This document shows, in pieces, positions 1 to 10,285 of a DNA stretch of 32,000 nt. The position numbers and the translations under genes were made by a program. The notes beneath the pieces are model-generated. The model searched no databases. It was not told the origin of the DNA and saw nothing but the letters and a program-made list of their open reading frames with translations. Source of the stretch: Burkholderiales bacterium GJ-E10 (GTDB taxonomy: Bacteria > Pseudomonadota > Gammaproteobacteria > Burkholderiales > Burkholderiaceae_F); contig AP014683.1 of NCBI GenBank assembly GCA_000828975.1, forward strand, positions 1,537,700 to 1,569,699. The letters run 5' to 3'. The first letter of the stretch is position 1, and each line of letters begins with the position of its first letter.

Positions 1-446
1 TGGATCCCGCTCGGGGGGCCGTTGCAGGTCTTGACGTAGTGCAGCGGGAAGCGGACGTCCTCGAGACGCAGGGCCCGCACGGCCTTGAATCCGAACACGT
101 TGCCGACCAGAGAGGTGAATACGTTGACCACCGACGACTCTTCGAAGAGATCGATCGGGTACGCGATGAAGGCGTAGAAGCAGCTGTCGTCGCCGGGAAC
201 GTCTTCGATCGAGTAGGCGCGCCCCTTGTAGTAGTCGAGGTCGGTCAGCAGATCGGTCCAGACCGTGGTCCAGGTGCCGGTGGAGGACTCGGCCGCAACC
301 GCGGCGGCGGCCTCTTCCCGGTCGACGCCGGGCTGCGGGGTGATCTTGAAGCAGGCCAGGATGTCCGAGTCCAGGGGGACGTAATCCGGCTGCCAGTAGG
401 TGTGCCGGTACTCCTTCACGCCGGCTTCGTATTTCTTCACTGCCAT
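1..446 (-). CDS. cbbL: Ribulose-1,5-bisphosphate carboxylase/oxygenase large subunit, form I (IA-like), N-terminal part; gene runs off the left edge
   Basis: Reverse-strand translation [151 protein letters not shown] at 446 preceded by an AAGGAGAG RBS. Not in the supplied ORF list, probably because it is open at the window edge. Confidence 0.97.
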   Translation of the reverse strand, partial: MAVKKYEAGVKEYRHTYWQPDYVPLDSDILACFKITPQPGVDREEAAAAVAAESSTGTWTTVWTDLLTDLDYYKGRAYSIEDVPGDDSCFYAFIAYPIDLFEESSVVNVFTSLVGNVFGFKAVRALRLEDVRFPLHYVKTCNGPPSGI

Positions 447-523
447 CGCGCTCTCCTTGCAAAATCACGGTCGGGAAACGCACCTGTGCCGCCTTTGTGC
501 TGCGGCCGATGTGTACGGAAAAG

Positions 524-552
524 ATTGTGGGGAGCGCGGTTAATAAAGGCAA
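524..552 (-). promoter_or_regulatory. Candidate sigma-70-like promoter for cbbL, overlapping a candidate CbbR site
   Basis: Minus strand TTGCCT (547-552) - 17 nt - CACAAT (524-529). Overlaps a TNA-N7-TNA motif (TAA-AGGCAAT-TAA, 544-556). Confidence 0.4.
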
Positions 553-599
553 TTAAATTGTTAACATGATTTCGATAAACCCTGGTATATGATCGAACC

Positions 600-1619
600 A
601 TGAAACTACGACACGTCACCCTGCACCAGCTGCGCATCTTCGCGAGCCTTGCGGAAACCATGAGCTTCACGCGGGCCGCCGAAGAGCTGCACCTCTCCCA
701 ACCCGCCGTCTCGATCCAGGTCAAGCGCCTCGAGGAGAGCGTCGGCCTGCCCCTGGTCGAGCAGATCGGGAAACGCATCTTCCTGACCCAGGCGGGCCGG
801 GAACTCGCCACCGCCTGCGCCGACGTGCTCGGGCGCCTGCGCGTGCTGAGCGAAGACATGAGCGGCATGGAAGAAGGGGTCAAGGGCCCCATCAACCTGG
901 CCGCGATCACCTCGGCCAAGTACTTCATGCCCCATCTGCTCGGCGTGTTCCTGCGCGACTATCCCGCGGTGGAGCCGCGCCTGACGATCACCAACCAATC
1001 GCGGGTGCTCGCGCGGCTGCGCGACAACGAAGACGACCTCGTGATCATGGGGAGCCTTCCGGAGGAAATGTCGTCCGACCTGGACGCGCAATTCTTTCTC
1101 GACAATCCGCTGGTGGTGGTCGCGCCGCCGGATCACCCGCTGGTCGGAAAAAGGAAGATTCCGCTGGCGCGCATCGCGGAGGAGCGCTTCCTCGCGCGCG
1201 AGCCCGGATCCGGCACCCGCGCCGCGCGCACCCGCCTGTTCGTCGAGCACGGACTGAGCGCCAACATCTACATGGAACTCGGCAGCAGCGAGGCCATCAA
1301 GCGCGCGGTCATGGCCGGCCTGGGCATTTCGGTTCTATCCCAGCACAGCCTGGGGCTGGAACTCGAAGCCGGGCTGCTCACCACCCTCGATGTCGAGCAC
1401 TTCCCGCTGATGCGCCAATGGTATGCGGTCCACCGGCGCGACAAGAAGCTCTCGAACACCGCCAGCCGCTTCCTGGAATTCCTGCTGCAGGACGGATCGC
1501 GCATCTGGAGCGACGTCCGCCCCCACGTGCGCGCAGCGGTGAAGGAGCCGGCGGCGAAGGAGCCCGCGACCAAAGCGCGCAAGACGCGATCGCGGGCGCG
1601 ATCCGCGCAGGTTCCCTAA
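600..1619 (+). CDS. cbbR: LysR-family transcriptional regulator, CbbR
   Basis: 339 aa starting MKLRHVTLHQLRIFASLAETMSFTRAAEELHLSQPAVSIQVKRLEE; LysR HTH; divergent from cbbL. Confidence 0.93.
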   Translation: MKLRHVTLHQLRIFASLAETMSFTRAAEELHLSQPAVSIQVKRLEESVGLPLVEQIGKRIFLTQAGRELATACADVLGRLRVLSEDMSGMEEGVKGPINLAAITSAKYFMPHLLGVFLRDYPAVEPRLTITNQSRVLARLRDNEDDLVIMGSLPEEMSSDLDAQFFLDNPLVVVAPPDHPLVGKRKIPLARIAEERFLAREPGSGTRAARTRLFVEHGLSANIYMELGSSEAIKRAVMAGLGISVLSQHSLGLELEAGLLTTLDVEHFPLMRQWYAVHRRDKKLSNTASRFLEFLLQDGSRIWSDVRPHVRAAVKEPAAKEPATKARKTRSRARSAQVP

Positions 1620-2959
1620 CAGGCTGTTGAAATTCGCCCCTCTGAGCGAGAACTTTGCATCGTGAACGCGCCGCTGATCAACGATTCCGCATGTTCGGTC
1701 CATGTTTTTGGACCCCGGAACCGGTATCGTCGCGCCCAGGTTGCTCGATTTCTTGCATCACCGGGCTCCTTGAACTGCAAATTCGGGTACCTCCGACAGT
1801 ATTCGGCCCATCCGGACGATGTTGCTCGCCAACATGTTCAGTTTGAACTGGTGGTCGACGCGCCGGATTCCGCGGAACATGGTCTGCCGTATCCGGCCGA
1901 CTGTCTTGGCCCAACCGAAGTGCTCTTCGATTCGCTTGCGAATCCGTTGGCTGACTTCGTACCCCGCGTGACGGGATGTCCGCGCATCGATCGCGCTGCC
2001 ACCAGGACGTCCCACATTCATCGCCACATGCGGCGTAACGTTGGCAAGTCGGCAGGATTCGACGAACCCTGCCGTGTCGTATGCCTTGTCCGCCGCCACG
2101 GTCTTGCGCTGCGTTCCGGGAACGGTTTCGATCATCGTCAGCGCCGCATCTCGTTCGGCAGTGCCACCTGCGTGTGTGACGACCGCTCCGACAATGAGCC
2201 CGTTTCGGTTCTCCATCAGCGCGTGCCCCTGGTAGCAAAGGATCGCGGCAGTGTTGGAGCTTTTGCGAAACAGCCGTGCATCGGGATCCGTCGTGCTGGC
2301 ATGCGTGTCGTTGCTGCGCGGACGTCCCTTCCAGTCGGTGTCGGCGTTGCGTCCGGGCGCGCTTGGCCCCCCGTCGCCTCCGTCCTTGGGTCGGAAACTC
2401 TTGTGGCTCGCCCACGCTTGCACCAGAGTTCCATCAACCGAGAAATGATCCTTCGAGAGCAATCCGTTCTTGTCGGCCAGCGACATCACCTCGGTGAAGA
2501 ACTTCTCGACGGCCTCGTGCTCGATCAACCGGTCGCGGTTCTTCGAGAAAACGGAGTGGTCCCAGACCGGATCGTCGATAGCCAGACCCACGAACCACCG
2601 GAACAGCAGGTTGTATCGGATCTGCTCCATGAGCTGCCGTTCGCTGCGAACCGAATAGAACAACTGGAGCAGCAACGCACGCATCAGTTTCTCGGGGGCA
2701 ATCGAGGCACGGCCGGTACCAGCGTACATCTCATTGAACAAGTCGTTCAGTCCGGCGAGTGCTGTGTTCACAATGCCCTGAATTGGACGAAGCGGATGAT
2801 CGGACGGAACGAAATCGTCGAGCTTTGCCATCAAGAACAACGCCTCTTGCATCCCGTCGCTACCGCGCATTGGTCCCGTCCTACTGGAGAATCGACAATG
2901 ACTATTCAACGTTCGACAAGCCACTTCGCTGACACACTCAGCCGTTTTTCAACAGCCTG
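1620..2959 (-). mobile_element. Complete IS5-family-like insertion sequence, 1340 bp
   Basis: Terminal inverted repeats CAGGCTGTTGAAA (1620-1632) and TTTCAACAGCCTG-type right end (reverse complement CAGGCTGTTGAAAAACGGC at 2959). 4-bp direct repeat CTAA at 1616-1619 and 2960-2963. Single full-length transposase inside. Confidence 0.92.
1758..2870 (-). CDS. IS5-family-like DDE transposase
   Basis: MRGSDGMQEALFLMAKLDDFVPSDHPLRPI... with DDE-type landmarks SVDGTLVQAWASHKSF, AADKAYDT and YEVSQRIRKRIEEHFGWAKTVGRIRQTMFRG. Start taken at the internal MRG (2870); the listed ORF extends to 2924. Confidence 0.9.
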   Translation of the reverse strand: MRGSDGMQEALFLMAKLDDFVPSDHPLRPIQGIVNTALAGLNDLFNEMYAGTGRASIAPEKLMRALLLQLFYSVRSERQLMEQIRYNLLFRWFVGLAIDDPVWDHSVFSKNRDRLIEHEAVEKFFTEVMSLADKNGLLSKDHFSVDGTLVQAWASHKSFRPKDGGDGGPSAPGRNADTDWKGRPRSNDTHASTTDPDARLFRKSSNTAAILCYQGHALMENRNGLIVGAVVTHAGGTAERDAALTMIETVPGTQRKTVAADKAYDTAGFVESCRLANVTPHVAMNVGRPGGSAIDARTSRHAGYEVSQRIRKRIEEHFGWAKTVGRIRQTMFRGIRRVDHQFKLNMLASNIVRMGRILSEVPEFAVQGAR

Positions 2960-3394
2960 CTAACGCCGGTCGGCGTCCGGCGCCAGAGGATCCGCCTGCT
3001 CCGCGTCCGGCACGAACCGCAGCGCGACGCCGTTGTTGCAATACCGCAGGCCGGTCGGCGCCGGCCCGTCGCCGAAGACGTGTCCTTGGTGGCTGCCGCA
3101 GCGCGCGCAGTGATATTCCGTGCGCGGCACCACCAGCTTGAAATCGACCTTGGTCTCCACGTGGTCCGGCAGCGCCTCGAAAAAACTGGGCCAGCCCGTG
3201 CCGCTGTCGTACTTCGCCTGGGAATCGAACAAGGGCAGTCCGCAGGCCGCGCAGACGTACACCCCCTTGCGCGCTTCGTGGTAGAGCGGACTGCTGAACG
3301 GGCGTTCGGTGCCCTCCTCCCGCAGCACGGCCCGCTCTTCCGGCGTCAAGGCGCAGCTCCACTCCGCCTCGCTTCGAACCATCTTGTCGACCAT
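2960..3394 (-). CDS. msrB: Peptide-methionine (R)-S-oxide reductase MsrB
   Basis: Two CxxC zinc motifs (CAACG, CARCG), GTGWPSF, TEYHCARCGSHQGHVFGDGP, LRYCNNGVALRF. Confidence 0.95.
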   Translation of the reverse strand: MVDKMVRSEAEWSCALTPEERAVLREEGTERPFSSPLYHEARKGVYVCAACGLPLFDSQAKYDSGTGWPSFFEALPDHVETKVDFKLVVPRTEYHCARCGSHQGHVFGDGPAPTGLRYCNNGVALRFVPDAEQADPLAPDADRR

Positions 3395-3406
3395 CGCGCA
3401 GCCCGA

Positions 3407-5992
3407 TCAGTGCACCGTGCGTTCGAAGCGGAACATGCCGTCGATGAAATCCACCGGCACGACGTCCTTGGGTCCGACCTTGCCCTCCAGGACCCGCAGC
3501 GCGATCGGGTTTTCGATCTGCTGCTGGATCGCGCGCTTGAGCGGCCGCGCCCCGTATACCGGATCGAACCCCGCCTTGGCGAGCTCCGCCAGCGCGGCGT
3601 CGCTCACCACGAGCTTCATGTCCTGTGCCGCCAGCCGCGCTTCGAGCCGCCGCAGCTGGATGCGCGCGATCGACTCGATCTGCTCGCGACCCAGGGCATT
3701 GAACACCACGATCTCGTCGATGCGGTTGATGAACTCCGGCCGGAAATGCGTGCGTACCTCGGCCATCACCGCTTCGCGCACGAGATCGGCGTCCTGTCCA
3801 GCCATGCGCTGGATCTCATGCGATCCCAGATTCGACGTCATGACGATCACCGTGTTGCGGAAATCGACCGTACGGCCCTGGCCGTCGGTGAGCCGGCCGT
3901 CGTCGAGCACCTGCAGCAGCACGCTGAACACATCGGCGTGGGCCTTCTCGACTTCGTCGAGCAGGATCACCGCGTAGGGCTTGCGGCGCACCGCTTCGGT
4001 GAGCTGGCCGCCCTCCTCGTAGCCGACGTATCCGGGGGGCGCGCCGATCAGGCGCGACACCGAGTGCTTTTCCATGTATTCGGACATATCGATGCGCACG
4101 AGATGCTCCTCGCTGTCGAACAGAAACTCCGACAGCGCCTTGCACAGCTCGGTCTTGCCGACGCCCGTGGGTCCCAGGAACAGGAAGGAACCGTAGGGGC
4201 GGTTCGGATCGGCGAGGCCGGCGCGCGAGCGCCGGATGGCATTGGACACCAGGCGCACCGCCTCGTCCTGCCCCACCACGCGCTGGCGCAGCCGGTCCTC
4301 CATGCGCAGCAGCTTCTCGCGTTCGCCCTGCATCATCTTGGAGACGGGAATACCGGTCGCGCGCGAGACGACCTCGGCGATCTCCTCGGCACCGACTTCC
4401 TTGCGCAGCAGCTTGAATTCGCGCTTGGCGCCGCCGGCGTCCTCGGCCGCCTTGAGCTGGGCTTCGAGCTGCGGCAACGTTCCGTACTGGATCTCGGCGA
4501 GCTTGTCGAACTGCCCGGCCCGCTGCAGGTCCGCCATCTTCGCGCGCAACCGCTCGATCTCGGCCTTGATGTTGGTCGATCCCTGCACCGCGGCCTTCTC
4601 GGCGCGCAGCACTTCGTCGAGATCGGCGTACTCGCGCTCGAGCTGCGCGATCTCGGTTTCGATCAGGCCCAGGCGCTTGCGCGACGACTCGTCGTTCTCC
4701 TTCTTGACCGCTTCGCGCTCGATCTTGAGCTGGATGATGCGCCGGTCGAGCCGGTCCATCGACTCGGGCTTGGAGTCGATCTCCATCTTGATGCGCGCGG
4801 CAGCTTCGTCGATCAGGTCGATCGCCTTGTCGGGGAGGAAGCGATCGGTGATGTAGCGATGCGAAAGCTCGGCCGCGGCGACGATCGCCGGGTCGGTGAT
4901 CTCGACGCCGTGGTGCAGTTCATAACGCTCCTGCAGGCCGCGCAGGATGGCGATGGTCGATTCCACCGACGGCTCGCCGACCAGGACTTTCTGGAACCGC
5001 CGTTCCAGGGCGGCATCCTTTTCGATGTACTTGCGGTATTCGTCGAGGGTCGTGGCGCCGATGCAATGCAGCTCGCCGCGCGCCAGGGCGGGCTTGAGCA
5101 TGTTGCCGGCGTCGATCGCCCCCTCGGCCTTGCCGGCGCCCACCATGGTATGGATCTCGTCGATGAAGACGATGGTCCTGCCTTCGTCGGCGGCGATCTC
5201 CTTGAGCACGGCCTTGAGGCGCTCCTCGAACTCGCCGCGGTACTTCGCGCCGGCGAGCAGCGCGGCAAGATCGAGGGATAGCACGCGCTTGTTCTGCAGG
5301 GTCGACGGCACTTCGCCATTGACGATGCGCTGGGCCAGTCCTTCGACGATGGCGGTCTTGCCGACACCGGGTTCGCCGATCAGCACGGGGTTGTTCTTGG
5401 TGCGCCGCTGCAGGATCTGGATGGTGCGGCGGATCTCGTCGTCCCGGCCGATGACCGGGTCGAGCTTGCCGCTGCGGGCACGCTCGGTGAGGTCGATGGC
5501 ATATTTCTTGAGCGCTTCGCGGTTGCCTTCGGCTTCGGGAGAGTCGACGGCGGCACCGCCGCGGACGGCGGCGATCGCGGCTTCGAGGGCATTGCGATTG
5601 GCGCCGTGCTCGCGCAAAATCCGGCCGGCCTCGCCTTTTTCGTCGGTGGCGGCGAGGAGGAACCATTCGCCGGCAATGTAGGCGTCACCGCGCTGCTGCG
5701 CCTCCTTGTCGGTCTGGTTGAGCAGGCCGACCAGCTCCCGGCTCACCTGCACCTGGCCGTCGAACCCCTCGACGGTCGGAATCCGCTGGACGGCGGCATC
5801 GACCGCCTTGGCCAGGGGATCCACCGCGACGCCCGCCCGACCGAGGATCGACCGGGCGCCGCCATCAGCCTGCCGGAGCATGGCCGCCAGCAGGTGTACG
5901 GGCATGATGTACTGATGGTCGTTGCCGACGGCGATGGATTGGGCGTCGGCGAGGGCTTCCTGGAAGCGGGTGGTCAGTTTGTCCTGGCGCAT
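3407..5992 (-). CDS. clpB: ATP-dependent chaperone ClpB
   Basis: 861 aa; [18 protein letters not shown]; Walker [16 protein letters not shown] and [19 protein letters not shown]; ClpB middle domain between them. Confidence 0.98.
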   Translation of the reverse strand: MRQDKLTTRFQEALADAQSIAVGNDHQYIMPVHLLAAMLRQADGGARSILGRAGVAVDPLAKAVDAAVQRIPTVEGFDGQVQVSRELVGLLNQTDKEAQQRGDAYIAGEWFLLAATDEKGEAGRILREHGANRNALEAAIAAVRGGAAVDSPEAEGNREALKKYAIDLTERARSGKLDPVIGRDDEIRRTIQILQRRTKNNPVLIGEPGVGKTAIVEGLAQRIVNGEVPSTLQNKRVLSLDLAALLAGAKYRGEFEERLKAVLKEIAADEGRTIVFIDEIHTMVGAGKAEGAIDAGNMLKPALARGELHCIGATTLDEYRKYIEKDAALERRFQKVLVGEPSVESTIAILRGLQERYELHHGVEITDPAIVAAAELSHRYITDRFLPDKAIDLIDEAAARIKMEIDSKPESMDRLDRRIIQLKIEREAVKKENDESSRKRLGLIETEIAQLEREYADLDEVLRAEKAAVQGSTNIKAEIERLRAKMADLQRAGQFDKLAEIQYGTLPQLEAQLKAAEDAGGAKREFKLLRKEVGAEEIAEVVSRATGIPVSKMMQGEREKLLRMEDRLRQRVVGQDEAVRLVSNAIRRSRAGLADPNRPYGSFLFLGPTGVGKTELCKALSEFLFDSEEHLVRIDMSEYMEKHSVSRLIGAPPGYVGYEEGGQLTEAVRRKPYAVILLDEVEKAHADVFSVLLQVLDDGRLTDGQGRTVDFRNTVIVMTSNLGSHEIQRMAGQDADLVREAVMAEVRTHFRPEFINRIDEIVVFNALGREQIESIARIQLRRLEARLAAQDMKLVVSDAALAELAKAGFDPVYGARPLKRAIQQQIENPIALRVLEGKVGPKDVVPVDFIDGMFRFERTVH

Positions 5993-6024
5993 GGCATCTC
6001 GCGGTCAAGTCAGGGATGCCGTCT

Positions 6025-6052
6025 AGGTGGGGATCCGGGCGCCGAATTCAAG
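6025..6052 (-). promoter_or_regulatory. Sigma-32 (heat-shock) type promoter for clpB
   Basis: Minus strand CTTGAA (6047-6052) - 14 nt - CCCCACCT (6025-6032), close to consensus CTTGAA-N(13-15)-CCCCATnT, about 30 nt upstream of the clpB start. Confidence 0.8.
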
Positions 6053-6357
6053 CACCGCACTAACCGCACTAGTGGTGCTTCACTCCGTTTGGAGCCGAAG
6101 CGCTTCGCACAGATTGGGGCATGTCGTCCGTGCGCGCCGGGCCCGTGCGAAGAATGTCGCGCACGAGATCCAGGTGCCCTGCACCGGTTCCGGCCCGGGG
6201 GTGCGGTCGGCCCTACGGGCCGACTGCGTTGTGCTGCTCGAAGTCGGGGCGCAGCCGCCGCTCGCCTGCGCGGCACAAAACGCGGTGCAAGCATCATCGC
6301 CGCAATTGCCCACCGATGGCGATCCTTCCTTTCGTGCCAATATTTCCAAGCACTACG

Positions 6358-7776
6358 CTAAGTCGCGTGCTCCTCCAGGAACGCCCGTACCGTGTCCACG
6401 TCCGCCGGCATGCGCACGAAGCGTTGCGGGAGATCCTCGATCCCGGCGAACCGGGCAGGACGGTCGGGCAGACGGCCGATGGCTTCGCGGATGGTTTCGG
6501 CGAACTTGGTCGGCAGTGCGGTCTCCAGGCAGACCATCGGCACGTGGGGATCGCGCAACTCGCGGGCCACCTTGACGCCGTCGGCGGTGTGGGGGTCCAG
6601 GATGCGGCCGTCGCGTTCGTACTGACTGCGGATCGTCGCCAGGCGGTCGGCGTGGCTGCTGCGGCCGGAGCGGAAGCCGCTGGCCGCCACGGCGTCCCAG
6701 TACGGCGTGTCTTTCAGGTCGAACGCGCCGCGGGTGTCCAGCTCCCACCAGAGTTCGCGCAGCACCGCGGGATCGCGGCCGACGATATCGAAGATAAAGC
6801 GCTCGAAATTCGAGGCCTTGGAGATGTCCATCGACGGGCTGCTGGTGACGTGGGTCTCCTGGGCGCCGCGCACCCGGTAGCGCCCGGTGCGGAAGAACTC
6901 GTCGAGTACGTCGTTTTCGTTCGTCGCCACCACCAGGCGACGGATCGGCAGGCCCATCTGGCGCGCGATCCACCCCGCGAGCACGTTGCCGAAGTTTCCG
7001 GACGGGACACAGAAATCGACCGGGCGGTCTTCGTGGGTGGCACCGGGCGTCACGGCGAAATAGCCGCGGAAATAGTAGACCACCTGGGCGACGATGCGCG
7101 CCCAGTTGATCGAGTTGACGGCGCCCAGGCGGTGCGCGCGCTTGAATTCGACATCGGCACCGATTCGCTTGACGAGGTCCTGGCAGTCGTCGAAGCTGCC
7201 CTCGATCGCAAGGTTGAAGATGTTCTCGTCCTGCAGCGAGTACATCTGCGCGCGCTGGAATGCGCTCATCCGGCCGAAGGGCGACAACATGAACACGCGC
7301 ACGCCCGGCCGGCCGCGCATCGCCACTTCAGCGGCCGAGCCGGTGTCGCCCGAGGTCGCGCCGAGGATGTTGAGGCGTTCCCCGCGGCGCGCCAGTTCGG
7401 CTTCGAAAAGCGCGCCGAGGAGTTGCATCGCCATGTCCTTGAAGGCGAGCGTGGGGCCGTTGGACAACTGGAGCAGATGCAGGCCGGGTTCGAGTTCCGC
7501 CACCGGCGTGATCGCCTCGGTGCCGAACACCGCGCTCGTGTAGGTACCGCGCACGATCGCTTCCAGCGCTCCGGGTTCGTAGTCGTCCGCGAACCGGCGC
7601 AAGATCGCGATCGCGAGTTCGGCGTAGGGCAGGCCGCGCAGTTGCGCCCGCTCCGCAGCGTCGAACCGGGGGTAGTGTTCCGGCACGGCCAGGCCGCCAT
7701 CGGGCGCCAGGCCTTCGAGCAGGACGTCGCGGAACGATGCCGGGGCCATGCGGCCGCGGGTGGAGCAGTACTTCAC
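6358..7776 (-). CDS. thrC: Threonine synthase
   Basis: 472 aa; [36 protein letters not shown]; PLP site SNGPTLAFKDMAMQLLG. GTG start overlaps the hom stop. Confidence 0.96.
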   Translation of the reverse strand: MKYCSTRGRMAPASFRDVLLEGLAPDGGLAVPEHYPRFDAAERAQLRGLPYAELAIAILRRFADDYEPGALEAIVRGTYTSAVFGTEAITPVAELEPGLHLLQLSNGPTLAFKDMAMQLLGALFEAELARRGERLNILGATSGDTGSAAEVAMRGRPGVRVFMLSPFGRMSAFQRAQMYSLQDENIFNLAIEGSFDDCQDLVKRIGADVEFKRAHRLGAVNSINWARIVAQVVYYFRGYFAVTPGATHEDRPVDFCVPSGNFGNVLAGWIARQMGLPIRRLVVATNENDVLDEFFRTGRYRVRGAQETHVTSSPSMDISKASNFERFIFDIVGRDPAVLRELWWELDTRGAFDLKDTPYWDAVAASGFRSGRSSHADRLATIRSQYERDGRILDPHTADGVKVARELRDPHVPMVCLETALPTKFAETIREAIGRLPDRPARFAGIEDLPQRFVRMPADVDTVRAFLEEHAT

Positions 7777-9083
7777 GAGAGAGACTCCTGTCGAATGCGG
7801 ATCACCGGTGCCAGCACCGTTTCGAGCGCCTCGATGCGACGCAAGGCTTCGTTGACGTCGCGTTCGCGCGCTTCGTGGGTCAGCATGATGATCTCGGTCC
7901 GATTTTCGCCTTCGGCCGGTTCCCGCTGGAACATCGCGTCGATCGAAATGCGGAAATCGGCCAGGATGCGCGCGATGTCGGCAAGGACCCCGGGGCGGTC
8001 GGACACCAGGATGCGGAAATAATAGGAGGTGACCGTGTCCTCGATCGACAGCCAGGGCTGCGGCACCAGGGCTTCGGGCTGGAATGCGAGGTGCGGCACC
8101 CGGTCCTCCGGGTCGGCGGTGTGGAGGCGAGTGATGTCGACCAGATCCGCCACCACCGCGGACGCGGTCGGTTCGGCACCCGCTCCCGGGCCGTAGTAGA
8201 GGGTTGCGCCGACCGCGTCGCCCTTGACGACCACCGCGTTCATTGCCCCTTCGACGTTGGCCACGAGGCGCTTGGCGGGAACCAGCGTGGGATGCACGCG
8301 CAGTTCGATGCCGGCCGGGGTGCGCCGCGTGATGCCCAGCAGCTTGACCCGATACCCCAGTTGCTCGGCATAGCGGATGTCCGCGGCCGCCAGGCCGGCG
8401 ATGCCCTCGACGTGCGCCGCCTCGAACCGGATCGGCACCCCGAAGGCGATCGCCGAGAGGATCGAGAGCTTGTGCGCCGCATCCGTGCCGTGGATGTCGA
8501 AGCTGGGGTCCGCCTCGGCGTAGCCCAGCTGCTGCGCCTCGCGCAGCGCGTCATCGAACGACGCACCGGTGTCGCGCATGCGCGAAAGGATGAAGTTGCT
8601 GGTGCCGTTGATGATGCCCGCCAGCCACTCGATGCGGTTGCCGGTGAGTCCTTCGCGCAAGGCCTTGATGATCGGGATGCCGCCGGCGACGGCGGCTTCG
8701 AACGCCACCATCACGCCCATCTTCTGCGCCGCGGCAAAGATCTCGTTGCCATGGTGGGCGAGCAGCGCCTTGTTGGCGGTGACCACGTGCTTGTCATGGG
8801 CAATCGCATCGAGCACCAGTTCGCGCGCGGGCTCGCAGCCGCCGATCAGTTCGACGACGATGTCGACGTCCGGGTCGCAGACGACGTCCTGCGGCCGATC
8901 GGTAACGGGAATCGCGTCACCCAGCCATGCGCGGGCGCGCGGTACGTCGCGCACCGCCGCCCGGACGATTTCGATGCCGCGTCCCGCGCGGCGGCGGATC
9001 TCCTCCTGGTTGCGGCGCAGCACGTCGAAGGTGCCGCGGCCGACCGTACCCAGGCCCAACAGTCCCACTCGCAGCGGTTTCAT
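7773..9083 (-). CDS. hom: Homoserine dehydrogenase (with C-terminal ACT domain)
   Basis: [29 protein letters not shown]; [16 protein letters not shown]; ACT region [21 protein letters not shown]. True start taken at ATG 9083; the 991-aa listed ORF reads upstream through alaC in another frame. Confidence 0.96.
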   Translation of the reverse strand: MKPLRVGLLGLGTVGRGTFDVLRRNQEEIRRRAGRGIEIVRAAVRDVPRARAWLGDAIPVTDRPQDVVCDPDVDIVVELIGGCEPARELVLDAIAHDKHVVTANKALLAHHGNEIFAAAQKMGVMVAFEAAVAGGIPIIKALREGLTGNRIEWLAGIINGTSNFILSRMRDTGASFDDALREAQQLGYAEADPSFDIHGTDAAHKLSILSAIAFGVPIRFEAAHVEGIAGLAAADIRYAEQLGYRVKLLGITRRTPAGIELRVHPTLVPAKRLVANVEGAMNAVVVKGDAVGATLYYGPGAGAEPTASAVVADLVDITRLHTADPEDRVPHLAFQPEALVPQPWLSIEDTVTSYYFRILVSDRPGVLADIARILADFRISIDAMFQREPAEGENRTEIIMLTHEARERDVNEALRRIEALETVLAPVIRIRQESLS

Positions 9084-10285
9084 GCTTTTGCGATCACTCC
9101 ATCCCGGCGGAACATGTCCCGGATCCCGCGCACCGCCTGGCGGATCCGCATTTCGTTTTCGATCAGTGCGAAGCGCACATGGGTGTCGCCGTACTCGCCG
9201 AAACCGATCCCGGGCGACACCGCGACCTTGGCATCGGCGAGCAACTTCTTGGCAAACTCGAGCGACCCCAGGTTGGCGTAGTGCGCGGGGATCTGCGCCC
9301 AGACGTACATCGACGCCTTGGGAACTTCGACCATCCAGCCCAGCTCGTGCAGGCCCTTCACGAGCACGTCCCGCCGCCGCTTGTACTGTTGCACGATCTC
9401 GGCCACGCACTCCTGCGGACCTTCCAGCGCCGCGATCGATGCGACCTGGATGGGCGTGAACGTGCCGTAGTCGTGGTAGCTCTTGATCCGCGCCAGGGCC
9501 GCGACGAGGTCGCGGTTGCCGACCATGAAGCCCACGCGCCAGCCGGCCATGTTGTAGCTCTTGCTCAGCGTGAAGAACTCCACGGCAACGTCCCGCGCGC
9601 CGGGAATCTCCATGATCGACGGCGCCCGCTCGCCCTCGAACACGATGTCGGCGTACGCCAGGTCGTGAATGACGTAGATGCCGTGCTCCCGCGCCAGGTC
9701 GATGACGCGCCGGAAGAAGTCGAGGTCGACGCACTGGGCTGTCGGGTTGCTCGGGAAGCCGATCACGATCATCCGCGGCTTGGGCAGGGTTTCGCGGATG
9801 GCGCGCTCGAGTTCGCCGAAGAAATCCACGCCCGGCGTGAGCTTCACCGAGCGGATATCCGCGCCGGCGATGATCGCCCCATAGATGTGGATCGGATAGC
9901 TGGGATTGGGCACGAGCACCGTATCGCCGCGATCGAGCGTGGCGAGCATCAGGTGCGCAAGGCCTTCCTTGGATCCGATGGTGACGATCGCCTCGCTCTC
10001 GGGATCGAGGTCGACGCCGTAGCGCGTCTGGTACCAATGGGTGATCGCCCGCCGCAGGCGCGGGATCCCCTTCGACACCGAATAGCCGTGCGTGTCGGGA
10101 CGATGCACCGCCTCGATCAGCTTCTGGACGATGTGCGGAGGCGTGGCGCCGTCCGGGTTGCCCATGCTCATGTCGATGATGTCTTCGCCGCGGCGCCGCG
10201 CGGCCATCTTGAGCTCGCCGGTGATGTTGAAGACGTAGGGCGGCAGGCGCTTGATGCGCGAAAACTCCGGTTTCCCTGGATTCAT
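9080..10285 (-). CDS. alaC: Alanine/valine-type class I/II PLP aminotransferase (AlaC-like)
   Basis: [49 protein letters not shown]; PLP lysine region [25 protein letters not shown] overlap with hom. Confidence 0.88.
   Translation of the reverse strand: MNPGKPEFSRIKRLPPYVFNITGELKMAARRRGEDIIDMSMGNPDGATPPHIVQKLIEAVHRPDTHGYSVSKGIPRLRRAITHWYQTRYGVDLDPESEAIVTIGSKEGLAHLMLATLDRGDTVLVPNPSYPIHIYGAIIAGADIRSVKLTPGVDFFGELERAIRETLPKPRMIVIGFPSNPTAQCVDLDFFRRVIDLAREHGIYVIHDLAYADIVFEGERAPSIMEIPGARDVAVEFFTLSKSYNMAGWRVGFMVGNRDLVAALARIKSYHDYGTFTPIQVASIAALEGPQECVAEIVQQYKRRRDVLVKGLHELGWMVEVPKASMYVWAQIPAHYANLGSLEFAKKLLADAKVAVSPGIGFGEYGDTHVRFALIENEMRIRQAVRGIRDMFRRDGVIAKA

Noticed and set aside
1662-2963. 433-aa + strand ORF across the IS element
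   Set aside because: It is antisense to a clearly recognisable transposase and spans the element's right end; translation has no family features.
3080-5281. 733-aa + strand ORF opposite clpB
   Set aside because: Composition (His/Arg/Leu/Asp-rich) is typical of an antisense shadow ORF in high-GC DNA; ClpB on the other strand is certain.
6121-8022. 633-aa + strand ORF opposite thrC
   Set aside because: Antisense shadow of threonine synthase and hom; no protein family features.
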